Shown: positions 11,791 to 24,519, numbered from the whole stretch's first letter. The stretch: DNA of 63,517 nucleotides, filler included, from Octopus bimaculoides (GCF_001194135.2; 6 parts of 6 records of this genome joined end to end with filler, not necessarily neighbours in it), one strand, 5' to 3'. Notes: generated from the sequence alone by a model not told the origin. Numbers and translations are program-made.

Positions 11791-13969
11791 TTAAATCAGT
11801 GACTGCTCTAACCTGGGGAGAGGTCTTCATTTTACCATTCTGAATCACAGTTTTTTTGACTCCTTCTTCAAATTTTTCATTCTGAATCACAGTTTTTGAC
11901 TCCTGCTTCAAATTACCCCACATCTCCTCCATTTTCCTTTCCATCTCTTTACCTTTGGAATGAGATCTTCTTAACACTTCTCTCTGTTTATGAGTTTGGT
12001 GATGGTTAATTCCTTACAGATCTACGTCTCTTGCTTGGCGTCTTCCTTCCTGACTGACTGCAGACCACATCAAAACGTAGCATGCAAGTGGGTTATCAGA
12101 ATTAAATCTGCTGTAATTAAATCTCCTACAGATACCAGCAGAACCCTCTGCATATTAATACCTATTCTTATCGGTATTAACAGTCATTCTCAGATTTTCT
12201 TTATCTCTGGATGAATATGATACCATTTCTTCCTTTGTCATCGTTTCTACAACCAATGAATACTAATAAGTTATTGCATTGTTATCTTATTAACACACAC
12301 ACCCCTCTCCTTCTCTCCCCCTCTCTCTCTCTTCCTTTCCTACTTCTCCACTGCCTCATCTTCTAATCTCTGTGATTTTTCTTAACTGACCTATAACTTG
12401 TTTGTAACGTACACCACCATCATCAACATCATCATCATTATCGTCATCTGTTTCATAATATTTTAAACCCTTTTTATTTTTATATAAAATTTATGTTAAT
12501 AAATGTATTTCTTGGCAGAATTCTTAAGATTTAAAAAAAAAATTTCCAATCTAAAATTACTTTCTTCAATGCATACACATGCATGTAATATAGACAACTA
12601 AATGGACGGATGGACTGATGGGCAGGTGGGTGGATGGATGGACATGGACAGGCCATGTCTCATGCGACCCACTTCTCCAAAAAGGTTTCCCATACCTGCT
12701 ATACATCATGTGTTGAGAAAGTAACATATTTATAATTTAAAAAATCCTTTTAATTCTTGCATGTGAAAACAGCCAAGTCACTGGTAAAAGGTTAAATCAA
12801 GTAATTTGAAATATAGTCATAGTTTTCTTTTCTCTCTTTTTTTTTTTTCTATTTTGGCTATTATCTATCAGGTAATTGGTTGATCTCTATAGTAAGGGAG
12901 AACATTGGCTTGCCAAGAAGTCATAATTTGTTTATTTACTTCCTTAGTGAAATGAAAGGAATAAAGTGTAGTAACTTTATTCATTTATTTGATTAAATTT
13001 TCTTTCTTTTCATCATGGAATCCTTGATATTCATATACAGCTGCCATTTCAATCTAGCTGGATCTCATCAGTGCAATGTGGTCAGGAATTTAGTAATTTA
13101 GTATCTGTTTACCATTGCATTTTATTAAATTAGATTAAGTTTACAGAAGGAGGAAAAGGGACAAGAAAGACATATAAATTAAGCCNNNNNNNNNNNNNNN
13201 NNNNNNNNNNNNNNNNNNNNNNNNNNNNNNNNNNNNNNNNNNNNNNNNNNNNNNNNNNNNNATATATATATAGTAGTGTGCTTAGTTTGAGATTTACACA
13301 CAGGTTAAAATATTATTCAGAATATTCCAAGTCATGTGTCCCCTGTAAATATTACTAATGTTGTCCTTTGTCTTTTTCACAATTAAAACTGCATGAGTAT
13401 CATAGGCACTTTTCAATTTTTAGATACTCTTTTACCAATTCCAGCCACTTAATATTCTGCTTGTACTTTATTATAGTCTTCTCTTTACATTTTATTGATA
13501 TCTCCAAAATTTTTCTTCAGATCTAGTCATCAGAAATGTCTAAGAATGATAGTCAATAAGATTTTTAGTTAGACCTATCTAATTTGGGAATAAATCAGTA
13601 ACTTTCTTTTTGCATGACACAGATTTTCAGAAGGCATAAAGACTCAAGTGAAATGCTGGGTAATGTCTGGGTACATTGAGTATAAAATATATTGTCTTTT
13701 TGTTTGTTTTTTATAGGAAGGAAATGGAAACTGTAATACCATTGAGAGACCTTGAGCCTACAATTAAATTTGAAGATGGTTCGTATCATTTGATTTACTT
13801 TTGCCATGTAGTTAGTTTATTATAAAGGAAGCTTAAATTTAAACAGATTTTTTAAAACCATCCCTCATTGTCTGAAAATCCATTTTATTAAAAAGAAAGC
13901 TTCACTTTAAACAGATTTTTTAAAGAGAGTATTGCAGTTCACTTAAAGCATTGTGTATTGTTTGTAAAG

Positions 13970-14183
<214 letters not shown>

Positions 14184-14419
14184 TGTACGTATGTACCATG
14201 CTGATAGTATGATAATAGGATGCTGCCTATTTGAATTTTTGAATATTCCTGAATATCATTTTGATCTATAATGCTTGAATTACAGGAATTTATGTTTTTA
14301 TGTGTAATGCTTTCAAGTAGTTCTGAAATTATTGGTTTTGGTAATATATAATTGGAAGTTTTTCTAACAACTCTCTGTGAAACATTTATCACAATTTTTT
14401 TTTTTTTTCTTTTTTCAAG

Positions 14420-14544
14420 GTCAGTCAACACCAACCAGGCATTCAATGATACATTTTAAACTTTGTAGGTCCAGAAGTACTAGCAATCATTCTGTAAATG
14501 TAGAAATGCGGAATCTACTTAGCAAGCAACAAACTTCAATGAAT
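14420..14544 (+). CDS. Penultimate coding exon, probable SLC9/NHE Na+/H+ exchanger cytoplasmic tail
   Basis: Long T-rich acceptor ending CAAG at 14419 (alternative acceptor ending 14468); open frame QSTPTRHSMIHFKLCRSRSTSNHSVNVEMRNLLSKQQTSMN; GTAAGT donor at 14545, phase 0, joins in frame to 16750. Confidence 0.7.
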
Positions 14545-14800
14545 GTAAGTTTATTTTGTTCACATTTCTTTCAAGCAACATAACCAGTTTGTTGTCTAAA
14601 ATAGTGCAGTGTTATCTGAAATAATGAGGGATGTTTGGCTTGCTATTTCTAGCAGTTCATTCAACCATGTACTTGATGAAATCTAGTTAAACAACAACAG
14701 CAATATACTCTGTAAAATGGAATCAACAAACTTTCACCATTATAAAGAATTAACCCTGAACTCATAAGAAAGCAACCAAGAGCAAGGGTACAAGTTTAGG

Positions 14801-14960
14801 CCATTCAAATTATTGTAAAGTCTGATTTGTACCTCTATAACACGGGTTGGCTGTACAGGTAGGGTTAAAAGCTATTCAAATTATTGTTAGTTCTAAATCA
14901 TAGCCCTATGATTGGGCTTTTCGTGTAAGCAGGGGCAAAGGGCTATTCAAATCATTGTAA
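14801..14960. repeat. Diverged 71-bp-period minisatellite
   Basis: C(C/T)ATTCAAAT(T/C)ATTGT(A/T)A motif at 14801, 14872 and 14943. Confidence 0.65.
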
Positions 14961-16009
14961 ACCCTATACCTTTTTCCTTGTTGTAAAGCAGTCTTTTGCC
15001 ACTGTTGAATCTATCTTTTGACAACGGTTGTTACTCTGACAGATATTGTTATGTTCCGAAGTCATTGAGAGAATATTTCTATCTGGCACTGTATGACCGC
15101 CAGTCATACAGTGTTCTTATCCTCAAAAGGTTGGAGCATTATAACATCCACTCAATATCACAGTATAATTACTATATCAGCATAGACACAACTATCAACA
15201 CAGTCTACACATACTCTCAACCTTCCCGACCTTCTTCTGTCGACCGGCTACTGGTCTATTTGTAATGGCTGGCTACTACCACTTTTTACCGGGAGGGCTG
15301 TACAGTTTCACTATACAACAGTCCAATACTTACTTCTTCAACAGTCCTATTGGTTGTTGCTTACATCACGTGAGTAGATTAGTAAGGACAGGTGACAGAA
15401 TCATCACAAAATCCATGGCATAGACACTGGTCTGTTTCACTCAGATCAAATTAGATTAATTGCTGAACTTTAACTGTAAACCTGTTTTAGATAATTAGGG
15501 AATATGGGCAAAGGTTTAGTACAGGAACAGCTGCCTACTACTTCCAACAACCAACACAATTTATTTTGTATACTGCTTACTCTCCTTGCCAACGCATTGC
15601 TTATTCTCCTTACTAATGAGATATAAATAGGTACCATGTATCTATGGTAACAGTTTCATTTCCCTGTGAAAGTTACCTCCTTACCTTTATGGAAAGTGTA
15701 TAGTTGCGCTGAAAGGATAAGAACTGTTAATCCCTTAGCTAGTAATCCAATACTTTATCAACTTAGTCAATAGGCACCTTGAACTGGAGATAAATAGCTC
15801 TCAAATTAGCTCTGAGAGAAGATAAAGCTCATCTGAGGAAGTTAAATTTTTTGGATTCACAGGGAAACGATAGGGAAATAAAGAAGGTGAAATACAAAAA
15901 AAAGTAATTGTAATTCAGGCGTTACTTTTTACTATCGGAGAATCTGTTCAAGGTGAAATACTCTTGCTAATTAGCATACCACGATGATAATCATTATCAA
16001 CAGCATTAA

Positions 16010-16082
<73 letters not shown>

Positions 16083-16139
16083 ATATATATGTATATATAT
16101 ATATGTGTATATATATATATGTATATATATGTGTACCCA

Positions 16140-16427
16140 TGGAAAACAAACCTCATCCAGCTATTCTGATTATATGTCTGTGCACACGTTTGAATGTGGT
16201 GTGTGCCAGAGGGTTTGCAAATCCAATGGGGGTCTTAAAAGACATGTTAGGATCCACAATGAGCAGAACTTACTTGCAGGTATTGGTAGTACAAACCAGA
16301 GGTGCAATCTGTGTGGGTGTTTTTTCAAAACACTGTCTGGTTTAAAAAGCCACATCAGACGCCATGAAAGGGCTAAGGTGTAGGTGCAGGAGGTGGTCAA
16401 ACTCTGTTTAAGGAGTAGACAACCACC
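16140..16427 (+). mobile_element. 5'-truncated LINE 3' end (probably RTE) encoding two C2H2 zinc fingers
   Basis: FECGVCQRVCKSNGGLKRHVRIH and CNLCGCFFKTLSGLKSHIRRH, stop, short UTR ending GTAGACAACCACC + (AT)n; second copy at 61626-61876. Confidence 0.7.
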
Positions 16428-16442
16428 ATATATATATATATG

Positions 16443-16600
16443 GAGGTGCATAGTCTAGTGGTTAGGGTGTTGGACTCACAATCGTAAGCTTGTGGTTTCA
16501 ATTCCTGGACTGGGTGACACATTGTGTTCTTGAGCAAAACTCTCCGTTTCACATTGAACCAGTCCACTCAGTTGTAGAAATGAGTTTAGCCTGGAGAGGC
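16443..16600 (+). mobile_element. SINE family D head
   Basis: tRNA-like CTAGTGGTTAGGGTG...GGTTTCAATTCC followed by TGTGTTCTTGAGCAAAAC. Confidence 0.75.
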
Positions 16601-16749
16601 ATGAGCTGCACCAGGCTTTCTCGCCCAAGATATGCTGAATGGCTGCAGTGCCCCAACGACCCCCTAGGAATTAAGGGACTTGCCAATTGTCAATATATAT
16701 ATGTGTGTGTGTGTGTGTATTTCTGATAAAGAGATGTTTCTTCCTTCAG

Positions 16750-17031
16750 CTTCTTCATCAAAAATATGACCGTAATTTGACTCGAGAAAGTAATCAAGAT
16801 TTAATGCATCAGCTACAACTGAAGAGACAAACAACAATCAATTTAGCGAACCTGAAGCAAAAGCACAGTGAATCTTCAGAATCTTATTCGGCATTCTTCG
16901 ATAACCAAACTCCAAGGAGAAGCGAGGATGATGAGGAGAAAGAGACTCCGCGAAATCGACCCCCCTTGAAGAAGGACAAACCTTTTGATCATTCCCCGTC
17001 GGAAGAGAAACGTGATGACGATATGGTATAA
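16750..17031 (+). CDS. Terminal coding exon, probable SLC9/NHE C-terminus
   Basis: Acceptor TTTCTTCCTTCAG; 93 aa LLHQKYDRNLTRESNQDLMHQLQLKRQ...SEEKRDDDMV* with protein-like composition. LHQKY.xNL is recalled from invertebrate NHE tails; family call unverified. Confidence 0.75.
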   Translation, partial: LLHQKYDRNLTRESNQDLMHQLQLKRQTTINLANLKQKHSESSESYSAFFDNQTPRRSEDDEEKETPRNRPPLKKDKPFDHSPSEEKRDDDMV

Positions 17032-17414
17032 AGAAAAGAAAGAGGAAGCCAAAGATATTTCTAACGTTGTTTATTATTGTTTAAGAATCTTTTTTTGTGA
17101 AAAAAAACAAAAAAACATTTATTTTTTACATTTATTATTATTTATAAAAAAAAAATCAGGACAAAAAAGAACAAAGAACTGAGGAAAAGAAAAAAACATT
17201 CTATCTTATCCTTGCTCTAATTACTGGTACCAAATTGATAAATGACAAGTATGTGATACATGTTAATTATAAAAGAAATTTTGCCGCTTTTTCAATGTTT
17301 GTGAAAGCTTTCTCAAACACCTTCCGTTTCTTACCATTAATGATCTTCAGTAATAAGGCCTTACCACAGTAAGTATCATCAGGTTTAATATTTTTGTACA
17401 AAAATTGTATTTAG

Positions 17415-17436
17415 AATAAAAAGAATAAGAAATAAA
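17415..17436 (+). terminator. Candidate polyadenylation signals
   Basis: AATAAA at 17415 and 17431, ~390 nt after the stop, followed by GT-rich sequence. Confidence 0.45.
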
Positions 17437-17994
17437 TCTTGTTGAATCATAAATATGCATATACAACATGTGTGTGTGTCTATGTGAATGACCTTCCATG
17501 TTTGTTTTCATTCAGTTTCCTTGTATGTCTCCACTGTCATGTTTTTGTTCCCAATTTTGACCCTCCATAAATCCTAAATTTTATTTTAGAATTTATGGGA
17601 GCAACTGTCTTTGAAGACTCACATTGTCGTTGAATGCTTGAAATGAGGAATAGATGAGAGACAACCGACAACTGATGAAAGGTCCTTTTTCTGTGTTTGC
17701 TTGTCCTGTTTTCCATTTTTTCTCTTTGTTTATGTATTTAACTCGTTTATTTATGTATTTCATGCTATTTGCACCATTGGTGACGTCCTGTACCCATAGA
17801 TGCATATATATTTATATATATATAAATTTAAATCATAAGGGTGAAAAATTTAATATTAATTTGATTAATATCAATTTAAAACCAGTGGCCTAGCATATTG
17901 AAAAAATGTGAAGATTAAGAAAAATTATATTACACACATATAAGAGGGATGACCACTAAGTGGACATCCAATATGCTAGATGAAGACCCCATAG

Positions 17995-18178
17995 TAGTAC
18001 CTGCATTTCGAGGGGCCGGTCTTGTCACACTTTGTGTCATGCTGAATCTCCCTGAGAACTATGTTAAGGGAACACTTGTCTGTGGAGTGCTCAGCCACTT
18101 GCATGTTAATTTCACGAGCAGGCTGTTCTGTTGATCGTATCAGATGGGACCCTTGTCGTCATAACTGACTGAGTGCTC
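17995..18178 (+). mobile_element. SINE family C 3' part
   Basis: Matches the reverse complement of 606-800. Confidence 0.8.
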
Positions 18179-18344
18179 CTTCCTTCCTTTCCAGATGCAT
18201 ACAGTGAATTATATAGGAGTCCTGATAGAAGGATCTCCCAAAAGGACTCAGACAGTTCCAAATGTCTGGCAAGTAGTATCTCGATTTCCAAAATGTACCA
18301 ATGGAAACTTGAATAAACTACCCCGGGTAGTCTAGTGTATCTTT

Positions 18345-18730
18345 TATCTTCTATTCCTTTACTTGCTTCAGTCATTTGGCTGCGGCTATGCTGAAGCACT
18401 GCCTTGAAGAATTTTAGTCGAACAAATCAATCACAATACTTTTTTTTTATATCGGTCTCTTTTGTTGAATTGCTATGTTAAAGGGACGTAAACACACCAA
18501 CACCGGTTGTCAATCAGTAAGTGGAGACGAATACAGACACAAAGACACATACATATATATGTATATACATGACAGGCTTCTTTCAGTTTTCGTCTACCAA
18601 ATCCACAAGGCATTGATCAGCCCGGGACTATATAGTAGAAGACATTTATCTGCCAAAAGTGGTGCACGATGGGACTGAACCTGAAACCACCTGCTTACAA
18701 AGTTAACTTTTTAACCGCCCAGCTATGCCT
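18345..18730 (-). mobile_element. SINE family A (head + tail)
   Basis: Reverse complement of the family A consensus. Confidence 0.75.
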
Positions 18731-18857
18731 GTGTTTGGTTTCTTTACTCTAAAGCTATTCTGTCACATACTCAGAAATAGTATTCAGTGTTTAGGCACCG
18801 CCTTATAGGGACAAATACATAATATAACACGAACCAAACAGTCTACTTTTACAACAG

Positions 18858-18950
18858 GTTTTGTAACAATTTGTCACGCAGCTACTGTTGAGAAGATATT
18901 AACATTAGCTATGTTCCCAGTTCTCCAAGAACCTCAACAAGTCATCAAGT
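18858..18950 (+). CDS. Candidate internal exon, gene unassigned
   Basis: CTACTTTTACAACAG acceptor, GTGAGT donor, 93 nt phase 1-1, single open frame FVTICHAATVEKILTLAMFPVLQEPQQVIK. Confidence 0.3.
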
Positions 18951-19288
18951 GTGAGTGCGGTTAGATTTGTCATATCTCTGCTTCATCTGTGACCTGGTTT
19001 CAATTTTCGGTCAGGTCAGGTCAGGTCAGGTCGGGTCATTATCATGCCACTTTTGTCAGTAATACCTGTTAACTAACGCAATGTCATTTCACCCACCATC
19101 ACCTCCACCTCTTCCGTTATACATCAGAAGTATTTTGTCTGTGTAAAAAAAAAAAATAAATTAATTAAACATCTTCACTTGTTAATTCGAAGTCAGATGT
19201 TGACTCAGATCAACTGATAACGAAAGGAGTGATGTTTTGAACAACCACTTATCTTAGCCAGGGAACACAATCATTGTAAAATCTTTCA

Positions 19289-19766
19289 TCTACAGGACAT
19301 ATTTATAAGCTTTGTCCTTGCGCGTTGTACAAGGCGACTGAAAGAGTTGAATGCAGGTAGGACATCCGGTCACAACATACAACCTTAGAAAACCCAACCA
19401 ATACATACCGGCCTGGAAAAGTGAACGTTTTATATCTATATATACAAAAATGTGGACGTTATCTGTAATATATGTGTGTACTGTATGTGAATGTATACGT
19501 ATGTGTATGCATATATGTATACGTATGTGTGTGTATGTATGCATATATATGTATATATACACATATATGTATGTGTGTATGTATGCATGTATATATATAT
19601 ATCTATAATATAAATTGAAGTTGGCCGACCATTGTATTCTTTCTTGTCTTGAGGTTCACGGCCAAACGACTGGGTGGATTCGATTAAAACAACCTGCGTG
19701 CATGCATGTATGTGAATGTGTGCCACATCATTCAAACTGACCGGGTGAAACCGGGTTTAGCTGCTA

Positions 19767-19767
<1 letters not shown>
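19289..19767 (+). mobile_element. Probable non-autonomous Helitron
   Basis: A|TC at 19288/19289; 3' GC hairpin CCGGGTGAAACCGG then CTAG|T at 19764-19768. Confidence 0.5.
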
Positions 19768-19820
<53 letters not shown>

Positions 19821-20356
19821 NNNNNNNNNNNNNNNNNNNNNNNNNNNNNNNNNNNNNNNNNNNNNNNNNNNNNNNNNNNNNNNNNNNNNNNNNNNNNNNN
19901 NNNNNNNNNNNNNNNNNNNNNNNNNNNNNNNNNNNNNNNNNNNNNNNNNNNNNNNNNNNNNNNNNNNNNNNNNNNNNNNNNNNNNNNNNNNNNNNNNNNN
20001 NNNNNNNNNNNNNNNNNNNNNNNNNNNNNNNNNNNNNNNNNNNNNNNNNNNNNNNNNNNNNNNNNNNNNNNNNNNNNNNNNNNNNNNNNNNNNNNNNNNN
20101 NNNNNNNNNNNNNNNNNNNNNNNNNNNNNNNNNNNNNNNNNNNNNNNNNNNNNNNNNNNNNNNNNNNNNNNNNNNNNNNNNNNNNNNNNNNNNNNNNNNN
20201 NNNNNNNNNNNNNNNNNNNNNNNNNNNNNNNNNNNNNNNNNNNNNNNNNNNNNNNNNNNNNNNNNNNNNNNNNNNNNNNNNNNNNNNNNNNNNNNNNNNN
20301 NNNNNNNNNNNNNNNNNNNNNNNNNNNNNNNNNNNNNNNNNNNNNNNNNNNNNNNN

Positions 20357-20424
<68 letters not shown>

Positions 20425-21524
20425 TTATATATATATATACATATATATATACATATGTATATATATATACATATATATATACATATGTATATATTTATAC
20501 ACATATATATACCAATTATCAATAGTGTACCATAGCAGGATATCGTTATGGCTTGGGTTTTTGATCGCGTTCTACTGTTAAGATAACAATGCTCAAGATA
20601 GAGAAGGTGACAAGTGTATAACAACGAATATAGTGTTCAAAGATGTTCTCTTCTAAGACTGCACTTTCAGTTCTACCTCTGTGGACTTCATACAATCTCA
20701 AAAATTAAACACCTCAGACAACATATAATTTCAAAACAATTTTTGTATTTCATGGTTCTCTGTAAACTTCTAACAATCGTATATTTTTATAATTAAATAT
20801 TATTAGGATCTTTTCTGTTATTTGGTGTAATGATGTAGTTTTGTATGCTAATCATTGACATGAAATTCATTTTCGCCATAAATCAATAAATAATAGCTTA
20901 ACATCAATGAAACCAAATTTTAAAAATTTCAGTACACTTTGAAATTTCCACAGGTGCGACCAAACCGAAAATATCCAAAAAAATTGTTAAAATATTTTGT
21001 GCACCGTAAAAGTATAACCGATTTATTACACACAAATTTCAACAGCTAAATCTTATATAGACACCCAAATGTCTTGTGAACCCCGGTTGAGAATCACTAC
21101 CCTAAACAAACAGAACAGTCTCGGCTGAAATGCTTTTCATCATAAGTGTAGAGCAACGCAACAATTATACTCTCAGATATTTACAATTCCAATAGAAATT
21201 GATATTTCAATAGACATTTACAATTTCAATATGAATATCTTGACCAAACTCTATTTTAGAACAGTCTTATTCTTCTTCATTGTTTAAAACGGGATGGACC
21301 TGTTACTAACAGGTGCCTTCTAACGGTTATCGTCTGCATGGTCTTATGACACTCGAAAACAAACAGCAAACTTCACGTCTGCTGGGAACAGGCATCAAAT
21401 ATTTAAAATGACGTTATGGCCAAACTTGTTTGGGGAGGTAATTGTTTGAGAATAGATTGCTATCAATGGATTGAGGTAGAACTGGTTTAAATACATTATA
21501 CACACACATACATACACACATATA

Positions 21525-21618
<94 letters not shown>

Positions 21619-21738
21619 CATTCAAATATATCTGTGGGGGTGTATGTGTATATATGTACATATATATATATATGTATGTATGCATGTATGTATATATGTA
21701 TATGTATATATATGTGTGTGTGAGTATATATATATATA

Positions 21739-22554
21739 CAGGGTGCGGTAAATAAACTGTCGTCAAAATTACGCAAAAATTAAAATAACACAGACATCTC
21801 ATTTTAACAGATATATTTACCAAAATTACATCAAAATATCTTGAAATACTAAAGAGTTAATTTATTCTATAAAATCGCCATTGGCTTCAACCACGGCCTC
21901 CAGACGACTTCTCCAACTCTTCTGGGCGGTCTCCTTCTTTAAGCTGGTGAATGCTGCCATAACCCTTGCCTTCAGTTCATCTTTGATGTTAAAAGGGGTT
22001 TTGTTGGTCTCTCGCTCAACTGTACCCCATACATAATAATCAAGGGGGCTGCAGTCCAGGGAGTTAAGTGGCCAGATGTTAGGGATGATGTGGTCACAGA
22101 AGTTGTCTGACAGCCATGACTTGTGTGGTATGGTGCTCAGTCTTGTTGCCAGACATAGGGTCTTCCAGCAGCCACGCTCTTGGCCCAGGGCAGCTCTACC
22201 TTCTCCAGGTACTCCATGTTGAGTCTGAGGCCGTGTGGGAAGATGAATGGAGGCATAACGTCACCATCGCTATCGATCACTTCAAACACCGTGATGTTGA
22301 CTGGATGTTTGATCTTTATGACTCTCGGTACATGTCCTCAGATTGACACCTAAACACTCTGAAATGTTCGTATTGGAGCTTCCGGCGCGAATGCCAAGCA
22401 ATACAGCATGTTATTTTCAAATTTCTGGTAGAGTGAATTGCGTCATGGTGCTGTTTTTTCTCACAGACAGTGCCCAACTGACCCTATTATACTGTGTAGT
22501 TGACAAAATCAAAAACAATGCGCACAATGGCGACAATTTACCCATCGCACTCTG
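21739..22554 (-). mobile_element. Internally deleted Tc1/mariner-superfamily (maT/DD37D-like) transposon
   Basis: TA|CAGGGTGCG... and ...CGCACTCTG|TA imperfect TIRs; minus-strand start MTQFTLPEI..LGIRAG; catalytic remnants YVWQQD*AP and WPLNSLDCSPLDYYVWG with stops and deletions. Confidence 0.85.
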
Positions 22555-23599
22555 TATGTGTATGTTTGCGTGCGTGTGTATATAAATATGTGTGTGTGTG
22601 TGTATGTGTATATATATATATATATATATATACTTGTATGTATGAATGAATATATCTACACGCATACATACATATATTAACGTGTGTGTTTGTCAGACTG
22701 TAAGTGTGCTTATTCATATTATTAAACAATATATAAATAGTAAGAGAAGCGTGTGCAAAAGCAATTTTAAATGAAGTGTGTTTACCTAATGGGTAAACCA
22801 GACAATCGTATTTGTCTACGTGTGGGCCGGGATTTTTTATTTTGTTCAACTGTTGTGTTTTTTTATATCTACTTCGATGACTCACCGTTTGTATAACAGA
22901 TTCAACAAAAGTTAACTGTACCTTTTTCATTAACCCCACAACCGATATATCAACTACTTGTCATATACCAGATTTGAATCACTCGTCTTTTGTCTCTTTG
23001 AAATGGTGGCTTATGTCTAAAATACGTATTATAAATAGGACGAGGAAGTCCTTTTTTATAATACGTTTCCCTCTGATAATTGTAAAGAAATTATACCTTA
23101 AGTTTTATCTAAATGAAAAAATATTTTGAAATCAGGAAGTAAAATAAAATTTCTAATCTTAACACCTGGACTAATTCATAATCTTGAACGGTTTTTTTGG
23201 GGTTTTTTTTTGTGGTGGGGTGCTGTTCCTAATAACAACAGATAATGTTGAACTGTTATCTTGTTTTCGGCTATTTTTTGCTCCATTACTGTTTTAATAA
23301 TCGATGAACTATTCAAATAAATAAATAAATGTTATTTTATTTCATTCCTCCTTAAGCTGTTCATAGTTATTAATGAGAAATTTTACGTTAGCTTGGATGG
23401 AATAAAACAAAATTCCAGGATTTTAACAGGTTTGAGATCAGTGAAAATACATGATTGATGGTTGAGAGCGATCAATTTCAGCAAATGTCAGATCTCTTCA
23501 CTGAAACATTTCAGTGAATTCAGATACAACAAAGTAAATAATTCTAAAAAAAAAATCTTTGAAAATTAGATGAAAATAACAATGGCTAAAGTTTCAAAA

Positions 23600-24170
23600 T
23601 TCTATTCTAAAAGGTACGCTGAAAGTGTAATGCGTCGTTTGCAGACGAACAGTGTCAACCGCTTGTCTCTCTCCTGCACTGCTTTTGGTGGGTCGCTTTT
23701 CAGTAGACCAGAGTTTTCACCCAGTTGATCGATATATGACCTGGCAAGACGACCCTTAGGCCGTTTTCCGAGTATTGATTCTCACATCTATCTCACTATT
23801 TCATCCTTACTACGAAAGCAGTGTCCACAAAATCTCAGTCTTGGTGGATGTAGCTCTTAAAAAGATTACCATAAAGACTCAGATTCATTATATGGGACTG
23901 CCATTTGATGTCAAGCGATGCTCTCGGAAGTCTTGTACACGTCTCATCTAGTTTTCTTTTCAATTCCTTTGTTAGAGTCCATATTTTTATTGCAAGTTGG
24001 GCATTGTACTTTACAGATTAGCTTACATACAAACAAAGACACAATAGATATATATATATAAATAGATACGAAAAAGTTGATAATTTCTTATATCTGGACT
24101 CCTGGGTTGATACAAGCGTGTGAGAAGGATCAGCCTGCTTTAAGACGGATGCTGTTTGGAGATCAAATCC

Positions 24171-24211
<41 letters not shown>

Positions 24212-24268
24212 ATAAAATTAGCTTCTTTCAAGCAATAATAGAAACCGTGCTTTTACATGGCTTCACTG
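23600..24268. mobile_element. RTE LINE fragment with an inverted 5' segment
   Basis: Plus 24070-24268: EKVDNFLYLDSWVDT..WRSNPKR(GA)n..KISFFQAIIETVLLHG. Minus from ~23985 leftwards: WTLTKELKRKLDE..RASLDIKWQSH..LYGNL. Confidence 0.7.
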
Positions 24269-24519
24269 TTAGAATCTCTTAACTGATCTATTTTCTTAAG
24301 TTTTGATGCCAATAAAATGAATAATTCCCAAGATATTTGACACTAAGTCAATATAAAGAAGAATTTGTAGTAGATTAAAAAAACAAGTGAAACATTGGTA
24401 AAATGAAGTGAGAAAAATCTAGAGTTTTTATCTTCTTTTTTTTTTCAATTCTGATGCATAACAAGGACAGGTCCGAACTGGTAATTAAGGTAAAAAAATT
24501 TCTAAAAATGTGTGCATGT

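Noticed and set aside
14801-14960. CRISPR-like repeat-spacer appearance
   Set aside because: Eukaryotic context, no cas genes, only three clear repeats, and the spacers are related to each other.
17669-17700. Other CTGATGA hits (6579, 17672; minus strand at 26711, 35863, 57687)
   Set aside because: No stem II followed by GAAA, so not hammerheads.
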